From an uncultured virus (IMG/VR IMGVR_UViG_3300027787_000001) (lineage: Duplodnaviria > Heunggongvirae > Uroviricota > Caudoviricetes), in the IMG/VR virus record IMGVR_UViG_3300027787_000001: a DNA stretch of 64,000 bases. One strand, given 5' to 3'. The notes under the pieces are model-generated. The model had not been told where the DNA came from and did no database searches. It worked only from the letters and a program-made list of their open reading frames with translations. Position numbers and translations under genes: made by a program. Shown here piece after piece: positions 37,137 through 46,428 of the stretch. Position 1 is the stretch's first letter. Every line of letters begins with the position of its first letter.

Positions 37137-38825
37137 TTAGGTGATCGCGCTGGCCGAACGAGCCAGTTCAACCCAGTTAGTCCCATCGGACCAGAACTGG
37201 ATCACATGCGTCTTGGAAGCGGTGAGGGTCAGAGTTCCAGTGGGACGGAAACCTGTTCCGAATGTGATAACGCGCCCGCCACCAGCGTCAGACGTGAATT
37301 GCATCGTTAGGCAGGTCCCCGCTGCCAGAACCGTGGCTGCATTGACTGTTACGTTTCCAGCAGCGGTCGCCCCGGCGATGTACGTCCCGAGCGTGGTATC
37401 GAGAGCATAGGTCGGGGTAGCATAAGTGACGCCGGATTGCGGAAAAGTGGATGGCGCCTTAATGACGCACGTCCCGGTGCCTTTTTGGAGGTTCAGGCTG
37501 GTCGATACGTTGGCGTCAGTCGTGGTATCCAGGGCCACGATTGGATTTGCCGTGGTCACATTTCCGGTTACCGTGATGCGGTTGATGATCGTACCGGCGG
37601 TATCGATAATCTTGGCCTGGACGCGGGCGTTGTTGCCCGTCGCCAGAGAAAGCGCCCCCGTGCCGTTGGAGCTGAGATTTACGCCGGCATTGGCGTCCGC
37701 GCCAGCTACCGCCGAGGAGAGTAGTGCAGGGCTGCCCGTAGCTGCCGGAGTGACCAGCAGACCATTGACGGCAGAACTGACGCCAACGACCGATAGCCCA
37801 GGCCCTGTGTTCCCAGACTGTGTGACGTTGAACGCCCCGGTAGCTTTGGGCGCTACGGTGATGCCCACGTTCGCATCGGTGGTGGTTCCGATAGCGATCT
37901 GCGGAGGGGCGGTGGTCGCCGCTCCAGTGACCGTCAGATTGTTGATGATGGTCCCGGCTGTGTCGATCACCGCGAACTGCTTGCGGGCGACACCGCCGGT
38001 AAAGACATTCACCGCACCAGTGCCCTTGCCAGACACATCCAGGCCCGTGTTGGTTTCACCGGCTGCTGCGACTGAGGCATTGACTCCGGTGGATTGGTTG
38101 GTGACCGTGACGGAGTTAACGGCACTGGCTGTGGTACCGATACCGATCACCGGCAGACCGTTGGCGTCGTTTATCGAACTACCTGTTCGGTAGCCGCGGT
38201 ACAGCGTGCATGCTTCAGCGCCTCCTGTAACATTCGTGCAGCGAAGCACAAACGTGCGGCTGGCTCCGGACGGGATGGTCAGGTCGGTATCGCCGGGAAT
38301 CGTGACACCGACTCCTCCAGCCACCGTGATGGTCTGGCCGGCTGATGAGATGTTCTCCACAATGAATTCGACGCTCGATCCTACTACCGCTGCCGTAATG
38401 GCGGCGACGATAGCCGCTGCCGTATCGGTTGTATCCGTTCGGCTCGCGCCATTGCAATTGCGGGTGATGACATTGATACCCTCACCGGCGCCTGCAATCG
38501 CGGCCGCCAGATATGTCCCAGCGCCCGCTGTGGTGATGGCCGTCAGCGTGGTTACATCGCTGAATGCTCCGCCAGCGTTGAAGGTGGCGGCTCCATTGAA
38601 GGTAACCGGGCCATCGAAGAGATTCCCTGATGCGTTCGGGAATTCCGTGACGTTGCTGGCATTCAATTTGACCAGTGCTACGTTTGCTGTGTTCGCCGCA
38701 TTCCGAGCGTTGATTGGATCGTTGTTTAGCAGATCGATGGCATCGATGTTGCTGATGTCGTTCGTCGCTCCGTAATACTTGCGAAGCCGCCGTGTGAGGA
38801 CGGACAAGATGACTCCAAGTGCCAT
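37137..38825 (-). CDS. Fibre/decoration-like virion protein with internal duplication
   Basis: Two copies of SAVN...GTGA...DTAGTIIN..TVTG...TTTDANV; AAGGAG RBS. Confidence 0.75.
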   Translation of the reverse strand: MALGVILSVLTRRLRKYYGATNDISNIDAIDLLNNDPINARNAANTANVALVKLNASNVTEFPNASGNLFDGPVTFNGAATFNAGGAFSDVTTLTAITTAGAGTYLAAAIAGAGEGINVITRNCNGASRTDTTDTAAAIVAAITAAVVGSSVEFIVENISSAGQTITVAGGVGVTIPGDTDLTIPSGASRTFVLRCTNVTGGAEACTLYRGYRTGSSINDANGLPVIGIGTTASAVNSVTVTNQSTGVNASVAAAGETNTGLDVSGKGTGAVNVFTGGVARKQFAVIDTAGTIINNLTVTGAATTAPPQIAIGTTTDANVGITVAPKATGAFNVTQSGNTGPGLSVVGVSSAVNGLLVTPAATGSPALLSSAVAGADANAGVNLSSNGTGALSLATGNNARVQAKIIDTAGTIINRITVTGNVTTANPIVALDTTTDANVSTSLNLQKGTGTCVIKAPSTFPQSGVTYATPTYALDTTLGTYIAGATAAGNVTVNAATVLAAGTCLTMQFTSDAGGGRVITFGTGFRPTGTLTLTASKTHVIQFWSDGTNWVELARSASAIT

Positions 38826-38888
38826 TGCTGAAATCTCCTTCTTGTGTTGGGATTGTTGCTGTTTACTTCCGTTTTTGAAGTTGTTCTA

Positions 38889-39815
38889 TTACCACGGAAA
38901 ACCGAAGCCAGTTGCGGTGACGCGACGTACCCGGAATCTGCGCCGCGACGATGGTGTTGCCTGAGCGGCTTTGATGATGGGGTTCAGAAAATCCCACATC
39001 AGGCCGCCATCTCCGTTCAGATTCGGCCCCATCGCCATCGTGTTGAGAATTTGGGCCAGCGGAGAGTCATTTGCATCCGCGGCTAGGCCGGCTGTGCGAC
39101 AGGCCGCCAGGCTCAGGCAGCCGTCTACTGCTACTGACCCCGTTGAGACTGGATTTCCGCTCACGGTGTAGGTCAACTCCAATTGCCTCTGAACCGTCGC
39201 CCCGATGAATCGGAAAACGTCTCCGCGCCATTCGAATATTCTCAAATGATCGGTCGGGTCTTGCTCTCCGAGGTCTTCTACTTCGTCCACCGGCGTGAAA
39301 CGATCCGTTGAGGCGGTGAATGTTCCACCGGAGACGTAGGAACCACCAGAAGATGATCCATTGAGCGTAAAGTTGGATGGGTCTACTACCGTGATGAAAA
39401 AGCGACCGTTGGCTCCCGTCTGCCCTACAACTCCTGATCCGAATACTTCCTGATTCGTCGCCCACCCGTGGGGTGCCGTTGTGGTCACCTTGATCGGCGT
39501 CCCCGTATCGGTTGTGGAGACCGAAGCGGTGGTGTTCACATCCCGCTCGACCATCCCTCCAGCAACCAGTTCCCCAAAATCAGAGATTCCTGCGGTGGCC
39601 GGACTGAGAAGAGTCGTGTAGGCCGCTAGGTTGTAGTAGGCACGATTCTTGATCTTCGGCCCGCCAATGGCTGCGATCTTGCCGTAGAACTCTTCCCAGA
39701 ACGTTCCGAAGTACGGGGTGAGATAGGTGTTGGTGTATTTCTCGCCGCCCGCCACATCGGTATCACCCAAGTGGGCGCGCGCTCGGTCGCAGATATTTTC
39801 AAAAGTGGGGATCAT
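38889..39815 (-). CDS. Putative head-tail adaptor with FCCH-like insertion
   Basis: TFENICDRARAHLGD N-terminus; TPIKVTTTAPHG...GVVGQTGANG...FTLNGS..Y.SGG module. Confidence 0.65.
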   Translation of the reverse strand: MIPTFENICDRARAHLGDTDVAGGEKYTNTYLTPYFGTFWEEFYGKIAAIGGPKIKNRAYYNLAAYTTLLSPATAGISDFGELVAGGMVERDVNTTASVSTTDTGTPIKVTTTAPHGWATNQEVFGSGVVGQTGANGRFFITVVDPSNFTLNGSSSGGSYVSGGTFTASTDRFTPVDEVEDLGEQDPTDHLRIFEWRGDVFRFIGATVQRQLELTYTVSGNPVSTGSVAVDGCLSLAACRTAGLAADANDSPLAQILNTMAMGPNLNGDGGLMWDFLNPIIKAAQATPSSRRRFRVRRVTATGFGFPW

Positions 39816-39882
39816 TGGGGTCTAATGGGGTATCTAGTGGGGTGTATTGGGGTGTATTGGGGTGTATTGGGGTGTATTGGGG
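39807..39882 (+). repeat. Eight GGGG tracts at about 10-bp spacing, incl. (GGGGTGTATT)x4
   Basis: Directly visible. Confidence 0.95.
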
Positions 39883-39959
39883 TTCAGCGGCGTTCCTAAG
39901 TTCCTGCTCTGGGCCTAGAAACCCCGCATCCTTTCACGGAAACGGGCGCCGCTGAAGAG

Positions 39960-40514
39960 TTAAACGCCCGCGGCCTTCTGCTCTGCAGCGATCTCGGCGA
40001 GCCGCGCTGTTAGTGCGCCTCCGGTTAGCAGAATGTTTGCCTCTTCTACTTTTCCGGCGAAGAACGCCGCTGTTAAAGGTCCGCCCGGCGTCGGCGCCGG
40101 CATATCTCCCAAGCCGACCGTCTGGCCCATATCGTTATGCCAATACGCACTGAGGGCAGGCGACGGCTCAGGAAAAGCGGGAGGCGGCAGATGCAAACCG
40201 GCGCGATTATCGGCGTTCGCCGTCCAGTCAGAGACCCGGTGAGCATAGTTGGGTACGCCTTCCATCGGATCGTTCTGGATGCCTTCTAAATGAACGATTT
40301 CACCGTTGAGCCGATCAATCAGATCCATCGCGGCCTGCTGCTGCGGCTGAACGATGCCGAGGTCAGAAATGCGCTGGCGCCGGCTGGCGATGGCTTGCCC
40401 AAGAAATACCCTTATCTGTGCGATCTGGACGAGCGTAAAATCGGCGCGTGGTTGGTTCGGCGAAGGGTAACCGCCTGCAATTGCGGGCGCACTGGTGGCC
40501 CAAAATGTTCCCAT
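39960..40514 (-). CDS. Hypothetical protein
   Basis: AAGGAG RBS. Confidence 0.7.
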   Translation of the reverse strand: MGTFWATSAPAIAGGYPSPNQPRADFTLVQIAQIRVFLGQAIASRRQRISDLGIVQPQQQAAMDLIDRLNGEIVHLEGIQNDPMEGVPNYAHRVSDWTANADNRAGLHLPPPAFPEPSPALSAYWHNDMGQTVGLGDMPAPTPGGPLTAAFFAGKVEEANILLTGGALTARLAEIAAEQKAAGV

Positions 40515-40546
40515 ACTGTTGTTCTCCTTTTGTTTGAATGCGATGT

Positions 40547-40807
40547 CTACGTTTGATTCCGTGCTTCCAGAAGTCCTGCTGAAAGCAGACCCAACTTGCG
40601 GAGGTGATACGTCAGGTCCGTGAGGATATCGGCCTCACCATCTTTGTCCCAAAAGCTACGGTTGAGAAGATCGACCACCCGCATACGTTCGCCTTCCCAG
40701 CGTTCGCGTGTAGCGCGTGGCTCTGGTTTCTCTGGTTCAGCATCCAAGATTCTGCGAAGTTCATCACGTTCTTTCTGACATTGCTGAGAGAAGCTGAAGG
40801 CGATCAT
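40547..40807 (-). CDS. Hypothetical protein
   Basis: ORF in late-operon orientation. Confidence 0.5.
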   Translation of the reverse strand: MIAFSFSQQCQKERDELRRILDAEPEKPEPRATRERWEGERMRVVDLLNRSFWDKDGEADILTDLTYHLRKLGLLSAGLLEARNQT

Positions 40808-40831
40808 AAACGACCACCCCGAGAGACGGAC

Positions 40832-41098
40832 CTATTGTTTCCCGATATCCTGAGCCTTAGGCGCGCTATCCAAAGCCTTCTTGATCGTGTCCTTGAATAC
40901 GGCTGAGAGCATCATCTTCTCAACGACACCCGAGATCCCATGACGCAGACTCATGCCTCCGAGCGCCGCCAGGATCGTGTCGGTGGCGTCCTTGCTGCTC
41001 AGGTGCCCGGTCCACCATCCGCTGAGTGCGTAGAGAATAGTAACCAAGCCAACGATGTAAGTCTTCCTGCCTTTTAGGAAGTTCCAGAATGCGATCAT
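40832..41098 (-). CDS. Putative holin
   Basis: FLKGRKTYIVG, two hydrophobic segments, LR.GI; coupled to endolysin. Confidence 0.75.
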   Translation of the reverse strand: MIAFWNFLKGRKTYIVGLVTILYALSGWWTGHLSSKDATDTILAALGGMSLRHGISGVVEKMMLSAVFKDTIKKALDSAPKAQDIGKQ

Positions 41099-41601
41099 GT
41101 GTTCGATTCTCCTGCTTGCGAATTGATATTCCCCCTCGCAGATTGGATCGCTGCCGTTACGTGCGGACCGCGAGACAACGTCAATATCTTGTCGGCGTAA
41201 TCTGGGTCTGTAGCATAGTGAGCCGATAGCGCCCGAACGTAAGCCGGGAAGTCCCGGTCCTGCTGATATTGTTCGAACGACGATCGGAAGAACGTCCCGG
41301 TCGTTATGAGATTTGCATGACGAGTGAAAGCATCGGCCAGTGTGGGGAAAGCCTCAAAGTTCTGGTCGATTATCTCTTGGGCCCCTGCCACCACTTCTGT
41401 GGTCGCGCAACGTGTGTACGCTTCGTCTCCGACTGCTTTTATGCCGAAGGGGTTATTCCCTGGCTGATGTCTCCCCCATCCCGATTCGTCTATCCATTGC
41501 GGGACAGTCAGTTCGGCCGGGACGCCGGTAGCAGCCTCGGACTGCACTGCCGCTTGTGCGGCTGCTGAGAGGTTATCGAGTTGTTCCTGAGTCAGCGACA
41601 T
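41095..41601 (-). CDS. Endolysin, GH73 glucosaminidase (FlgJ-like)
   Basis: Q..DESGWG, NNPFGIKA, TTE, YATDPDYADKI. Confidence 0.9.
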   Translation of the reverse strand: MSLTQEQLDNLSAAAQAAVQSEAATGVPAELTVPQWIDESGWGRHQPGNNPFGIKAVGDEAYTRCATTEVVAGAQEIIDQNFEAFPTLADAFTRHANLITTGTFFRSSFEQYQQDRDFPAYVRALSAHYATDPDYADKILTLSRGPHVTAAIQSARGNINSQAGESNT

Positions 41602-41882
41602 TAGGCTATCCGCTCCGCGCATACTCTGGCCCCGGTGATCTTGCCCTCTTCGGAAATTTCGATCTCGATGTCGAATCCGTCACGATGGATCTCAAGCTGA
41701 AGGCCGCCGTCGGAACATGGGACTACAGAGGTCTCATCCACAGCCGCTATGGCCTTCGCGCTTATTCGTTTGGCATTCACCAAGTCCCAGCCTTCCTGGA
41801 GTTCCAGCAGAGTACGCTTCCAGTTACTGCCGATGATCGGGGCTGCCATGTCTTCAGGAACTCCGCCGGATTCCCATCTCAC
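41601..41882 (-). CDS. Hypothetical protein (GWD...VPCSDGGLQLE family)
   Basis: Motif pattern similar to 19277-19732; true start may be the internal M. Confidence 0.6.
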   Translation of the reverse strand: MRWESGGVPEDMAAPIIGSNWKRTLLELQEGWDLVNAKRISAKAIAAVDETSVVPCSDGGLQLEIHRDGFDIEIEISEEGKITGARVCAERIA

Positions 41883-42134
41883 GATGTCGCGTGGCTTTCT
41901 CTATCCCGCCTGCCTTACCACGCCGGGGCGCGGGCGGATCTGAGCACGGCTTAAGCTCTGCCCCAACAATGCACATATCGTGATCGTGATTATTAAGGCC
42001 GGGGAGAACTGTAGTCGTACCCTGTTTCCAAATGTCAATTTGCATCACCTGCCTTTATGCCGTAAAATGACTTTGGCTCACTTGGCACGTAATGGTGCAC
42101 CCGGCATACCCACGGGATAGTTATAAGTGGGCCA

Positions 42135-42797
42135 CTAAAAACTTCTCCCTATCCCAGCTTCATATATCGTCTGCGTCGAGCTGATGGCGGTCTTCAGCAC
42201 CCGCGCCCCCAGCACAACGCACCAGGCGCTCTTGCCGATCTTGATGACTCCAACGCCGCCGCCGGAGAATGCCCCGCCCAGGTTTGTCCCGCTTAGAGCC
42301 ACGCCCGCGTCTCCGAGGCCGAAGATGCTCACTGGCCCGTATCTCCGAACCAACGTGGCGAAGCCGGTTCGTGTACTTGTCTGGATTGTGAACGGTCTCG
42401 CCGTCCGCGAGGTCACGTCGTAGGTCGAGTACGAATAGATGCCCACGCCCGGCGTCGAGATCAGATGCGCCATCGAAGCCCAGCCGTTGATCTGCGGGTG
42501 AGCATATTGGTTCCAGCCAGCGCCCGCGGCGTAGAAGTTCGGCGGCAATTCAGTGGTTGTCGGAGTCGATACGGGAACAGGGACGGTAATCACCGGAATC
42601 GGCTCGGCAGTGGGCGCCGGAGCAGGAGGCACAACGGCAGGCGCGGGCTTTGGGATCGGGCAGGTGTAGGACGCTCCGTCAGGGTTTACCTTACAGCCGG
42701 GAGGAATCGTCTGGCAGTGCGCCGTCGCCGCGAATATGAGGATCATCAGTACGAGTGCGAGTCCAGCCAGTGTCAATTTGAAAGTCTGTCCATTCAT
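42135..42797 (-). CDS. Putative outer-membrane beta-barrel protein
   Basis: Signal peptide, Pro-rich linker, amphipathic beta strands, C-terminal YEAGIGRSF. Confidence 0.6.
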   Translation of the reverse strand: MNGQTFKLTLAGLALVLMILIFAATAHCQTIPPGCKVNPDGASYTCPIPKPAPAVVPPAPAPTAEPIPVITVPVPVSTPTTTELPPNFYAAGAGWNQYAHPQINGWASMAHLISTPGVGIYSYSTYDVTSRTARPFTIQTSTRTGFATLVRRYGPVSIFGLGDAGVALSGTNLGGAFSGGGVGVIKIGKSAWCVVLGARVLKTAISSTQTIYEAGIGRSF

Positions 42798-43120
42798 TTG
42801 GTTATCTTCGTTTCCTCTACCGTCGTTACGATCACCGCTGGCGGGTCCTTGCGCTTCTCCGTAGTTTCTACGGTGGTCACGGTCTTCACGGCTGGCAGCG
42901 GTTTCTGGTGCAGATACGCAAAGAACGGCGGCAGGCCGGAAAATATGAAGGTCCAGAACATGACTTTCAACAGCAGGGCCGGATGCTGGATGTTAAAATC
43001 GTTCGGGTCAACGACTATCGTCCCCAAGCCGCCCGACAGAGCCCCAGAGCCGCCTCCGATGAAGGCCGCGAACAAGCCGTACACCCACTGATCCCAGTCG
43101 AGGTTTAAGAGTCTACCCAT
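42794..43120 (-). CDS. Holin-like membrane protein
   Basis: Two hydrophobic segments, YL...PLP. Confidence 0.6.
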   Translation of the reverse strand: MGRLLNLDWDQWVYGLFAAFIGGGSGALSGGLGTIVVDPNDFNIQHPALLLKVMFWTFIFSGLPPFFAYLHQKPLPAVKTVTTVETTEKRKDPPAVIVTTVEETKITK

Positions 43121-43152
43121 GTATCACCGTCCGCGTATAGAATAGAGCCAAC

Positions 43153-43857
43153 GTGCCGCTGGCCCATGACGTTCTCCGCTTCGTGCTGATAATCGTCATG
43201 GCCATTTACCTCTGGTATTTCTGGAAGACCTCGCGGGGCCACTTTGCGTTTGCTACCTACGTCCTACTGCTGATCTGGCAGGCCGTCTGGATGCACGCTC
43301 CGGGCGATATGGCTTGGTGGGCGTCTCGCTGGTTGCTCCTCGAGTCTGCTGTCATGGCAATGATGGTCTGCGCGGTGTACGAGGCGTTTTATTGGTCTAC
43401 CGAATGGCTTCCGGCCCGCGAACGGCAACTGCTGTTTTCCTGTCTGATCGGACTGGGGGTCTGGTTCGCATCCCTGGTTTTTCATCCGCCATCTCCTACT
43501 CTCTTTGCCGTTTTCCTGTTGATCCGGGATTTGCTCTACGCCGCGGCCTTTGGATTTCTGCTAGGTTGGCTGATGTACCTGGTCATAAAACCGTTTTCTT
43601 GTGAACGCTATCCTGTGGTTCACACGATCCTGCTGATGCTACTAGTTGCCGACCATACGCTCTCGCGCCCGATCGGTCATTACCTGTTCACCCAGACCAA
43701 CGCAATCTTCGCTCCGGTGGCGATAGTGTTGTTCGCTATATGGGTCGCGGCCGTCAAATCTCTGCCTCCGCGAGTCGGCGCCCCAGGCGTCGTATCTCCT
43801 GCAAGTTCACCTGCTCGGCAGAACGCAAAATGGTCACGTCGTCCTCAAGATGATTGA
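43153..43857 (+). CDS. Counter-oriented polytopic membrane protein (moron)
   Basis: About seven hydrophobic helices; TAGAAT -10 at 43138. Confidence 0.75.
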   Translation: MPLAHDVLRFVLIIVMAIYLWYFWKTSRGHFAFATYVLLLIWQAVWMHAPGDMAWWASRWLLLESAVMAMMVCAVYEAFYWSTEWLPARERQLLFSCLIGLGVWFASLVFHPPSPTLFAVFLLIRDLLYAAAFGFLLGWLMYLVIKPFSCERYPVVHTILLMLLVADHTLSRPIGHYLFTQTNAIFAPVAIVLFAIWVAAVKSLPPRVGAPGVVSPASSPARQNAKWSRRPQDD

Positions 43858-44215
43858 CCCTTTCCGAAACAGATTGAATCCTCGATAGCCCCATCTCGGC
43901 CGCCGATTCAATTCTAGTGGCCACGGATTCAATCCTACCTACCATACCGTCCACCCGAGCAGCTATGGTGTCCGACGATCCTTCTGCCCTATCTAATTGG
44001 GCGTTGAGTTCATCAATGCGGGCGGTCTCGTCGGCGATGCGACGAGTAAGAGTGCCTAGCGTTGAGTTGACAGTCTCTTTCCAGCGGACCAGGTCCAGCG
44101 CATCGCCGTTTTTTATAGCAATTGCGCGGCGCGTGCGGATGGCTCTGAAAAATTGCGCGGCCGCCCAGACGAAGGCACTCATACCGCCGCTGCCGACAAC
44201 GGTTTGGTAGTCCAT
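43754..44215 (-). CDS. N-anchored coiled-coil protein
   Basis: GGAG RBS, hydrophobic N-terminus, heptads. Confidence 0.65.
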   Translation of the reverse strand: MDYQTVVGSGGMSAFVWAAAQFFRAIRTRRAIAIKNGDALDLVRWKETVNSTLGTLTRRIADETARIDELNAQLDRAEGSSDTIAARVDGMVGRIESVATRIESAAEMGLSRIQSVSERVNHLEDDVTILRSAEQVNLQEIRRLGRRLAEAEI

Positions 44216-44230
44216 TATGGTCTCCCTGGG

Positions 44231-44413
44231 CTATGGGACATCTCCGGGAGGTTCTTCGCTCTGATCCGATTTGTCCTCGGCATCGTCCAACGCCTTCTCA
44301 AGTGCTGTCAGCCCTGCCGTCACATTCGGATCGGTCGAGGTCCGGCAGATAGTGAAGAATGCGTTGTAGGCATCCACCTGCGCCTGATTGAGTTTCACGA
44401 ATTTGTGAGCCAT
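44231..44413 (-). CDS. Small hypothetical protein
   Basis: AAGGA RBS. Confidence 0.55.
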   Translation of the reverse strand: MAHKFVKLNQAQVDAYNAFFTICRTSTDPNVTAGLTALEKALDDAEDKSDQSEEPPGDVP

Positions 44414-44434
44414 TGTTTTGTCCTTTCCCTACTT

Positions 44435-45130
44435 CTAGTGCGGCAATCCAAAACGGCTGATAACGGCTACTATGACGCTTACCAAAATCGCCACAGCCGC
44501 GAGCGATATCGTTAGGAACAATCCCCCGGTGCTCGACACGCCTTCGCTTTTCCCTTTTTGCTGAGCGGCGAGTCCTTCTGCAATCGCAATTCTCGCCGAC
44601 AACGCCTTGACTTCAATTTCAACTTCGCTCCTCCTGGCAAAAGTATTCTGCTGATCTGACAATTGGTTGCGGAATTCATTTACCGCGTCGAAGCGTTTCT
44701 CCGTCGCCATGTCTGCCTTGACCACGGCTTTCTCCATCGACTGCAACATCTGCTCTATTTCTGATTTTCTGGCGAAGTCGCTCAACTGGCTGGCTATCTG
44801 GGAACGTGCCAGGGATTCCGCTTCGAATCTCTTGTCGAGCGCTCCAAGCGCTTGTCTGATGTTGTCATTCGCGGTCGTGAGTGCCTGATTGGTGTTGACG
44901 GTTGCCTTTTCTAAAGCGTCCTTTGTGCTCAACAGAGCCGTATTCAATGCTTCCTTGATCGACTGGCCAAGGTCGCTGATTACTTTATCGGTCGAAGAAA
45001 AACGTTGCTCGTATTTGCGATCCCGCTCATTGATGGTGTCCATCAAATACTCTTTGAGCGTGACCTCGCCTGTTAACCGAATCGGGTCAACATTCTTGCC
45101 GTTCATGTCCGAGGAAGTTCCCAGAGGCAT
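44435..45130 (-). CDS. Coiled-coil protein with C-terminal TM anchor
   Basis: AVVKADMATEKRFDAVNEFR.QLSDQ motif and terminal hydrophobic helix. Confidence 0.75.
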   Translation of the reverse strand: MPLGTSSDMNGKNVDPIRLTGEVTLKEYLMDTINERDRKYEQRFSSTDKVISDLGQSIKEALNTALLSTKDALEKATVNTNQALTTANDNIRQALGALDKRFEAESLARSQIASQLSDFARKSEIEQMLQSMEKAVVKADMATEKRFDAVNEFRNQLSDQQNTFARRSEVEIEVKALSARIAIAEGLAAQQKGKSEGVSSTGGLFLTISLAAVAILVSVIVAVISRFGLPH

Positions 45131-45206
45131 AGCAGTCAGTTTGTACGATACGCCTCACACAGCTAAAGACTGTTCCGACTTCGCTCTGCAATCTCCCTAT
45201 TTATTA

Positions 45207-45878
45207 CTACGGATGCAATGGTTCCCGCTTCGATGTCGGCGGCGCTGGCTGGTTGAGCCGCGCGAGCTCTTGCGGGAACTCCGCAATCTGCGTCTGGCAA
45301 CGTGGGCAGACCACTGCCGCGGCCGGGATGTAGGACTGGCAGGCCGGGCAGGCCTTCCGTTCACCGTGCGCTTCGGGCAGCCACGGCTTGTCCGAGATTT
45401 TCAGCCACTGCGCCATGATGCGGTGAATCGGCTGGATGTACTTGGCCTTATTGTCCCGGTGCCAGGCATCGGCCTCTTCGACCATCTTCATGCCCCAGTT
45501 CCACTGGCGTTTGTAGGCGGTGCTGAGTTCCAGCTTGCTGGGCTTTGACTCTTCGCATACGAAGACCCCTGGACAAGCATCAGGAGTAGCCAGTGGCACG
45601 CGATCGCACCAGCATTCCTTCAGATCATTCGCAATCACGATCGGATAGATCGGATGCGGATAGACACCTACATTCTCCCCGCCGTAGGTTGACTGGGAGC
45701 AATGCGGGATCACGATGAACTTGTACTCCCCTTCGACGTATGGGATCGCCGCGGGAGCCAGCGTGAACAGCCCCACCGGGGTGAAGGGCCGGCGCTCCTG
45801 CAGCGGCAGTGGATAAATTGACGCTACCGTTACCGATGGGCGCCTGAGGTCGTCTTTTGAAAACTTGGATACATCCAT
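45207..45878 (-). CDS. Hypothetical late protein with C-terminal Zn ribbon
   Basis: CPAC...CPRC; AGGAG RBS. Confidence 0.75.
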   Translation of the reverse strand: MDVSKFSKDDLRRPSVTVASIYPLPLQERRPFTPVGLFTLAPAAIPYVEGEYKFIVIPHCSQSTYGGENVGVYPHPIYPIVIANDLKECWCDRVPLATPDACPGVFVCEESKPSKLELSTAYKRQWNWGMKMVEEADAWHRDNKAKYIQPIHRIMAQWLKISDKPWLPEAHGERKACPACQSYIPAAAVVCPRCQTQIAEFPQELARLNQPAPPTSKREPLHP

Positions 45879-45923
45879 TGTTGTGTTCTCCTATTCAGGA
45901 TTGAATTGCGTTAGAATGTGTGT

Positions 45924-46193
45924 ATGAAATTGTCAAGGCGCGGCCTGTTCCGGATGCTGTTTTCACTACCGCTTGTTAAAGTGTTCCGTCAGCATCCACC
46001 AACACTCGGAGGCGTGCGCTTTATGCTCAACAGAAATCAACCAAAAGAGCGGATCGATTTCATTACTCCGAATGACTGGGGCCATGCGCTTGGTTTGGAT
46101 ATTTCGTCCAATCAAGAAAAGCTCCGATATTTCTTCGTCACAAAGAGTGGGGATCTCATCCAACCGAGCCCTAATCCCCGCCAAGTGCGATAG
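45924..46193 (+). CDS. Counter-oriented small protein: twin-Arg-like N-terminus plus capsid-like segment
   Basis: MKLSRRGLF...; segment alignable to major capsid residues 345-395; TAGAAT -10 six bases before ATG. Confidence 0.7.
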   Translation: MKLSRRGLFRMLFSLPLVKVFRQHPPTLGGVRFMLNRNQPKERIDFITPNDWGHALGLDISSNQEKLRYFFVTKSGDLIQPSPNPRQVR

Positions 46194-46203
46194 GATTGTG
46201 AAC

Positions 46204-46428
46204 ATGGCAGCCTCAGAAAGAATCCTGGAACTTCAGCGAGACATCGTCGATGAACTAGTGCGTAAATCGAAAGAGGCAGAGACGCCAAGCGACCGCGCTA
46301 TGCTCCGCTTTTTGGGAACGATCACCAAAATTGACTACAGCGATGTTGGCCATGCTGAATACCTGCTGAAAGATCCCCATACGCTGATCGCGGCTATCAT
46401 TGCTTACCTAGAGGAACGGGACGGCTAG
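46204..46428 (+). CDS. Counter-oriented small protein sharing TKIDYS with the major capsid
   Basis: MAASERILE...; TAGGAT -10 seven bases before ATG. Confidence 0.6.
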   Translation: MAASERILELQRDIVDELVRKSKEAETPSDRAMLRFLGTITKIDYSDVGHAEYLLKDPHTLIAAIIAYLEERDG

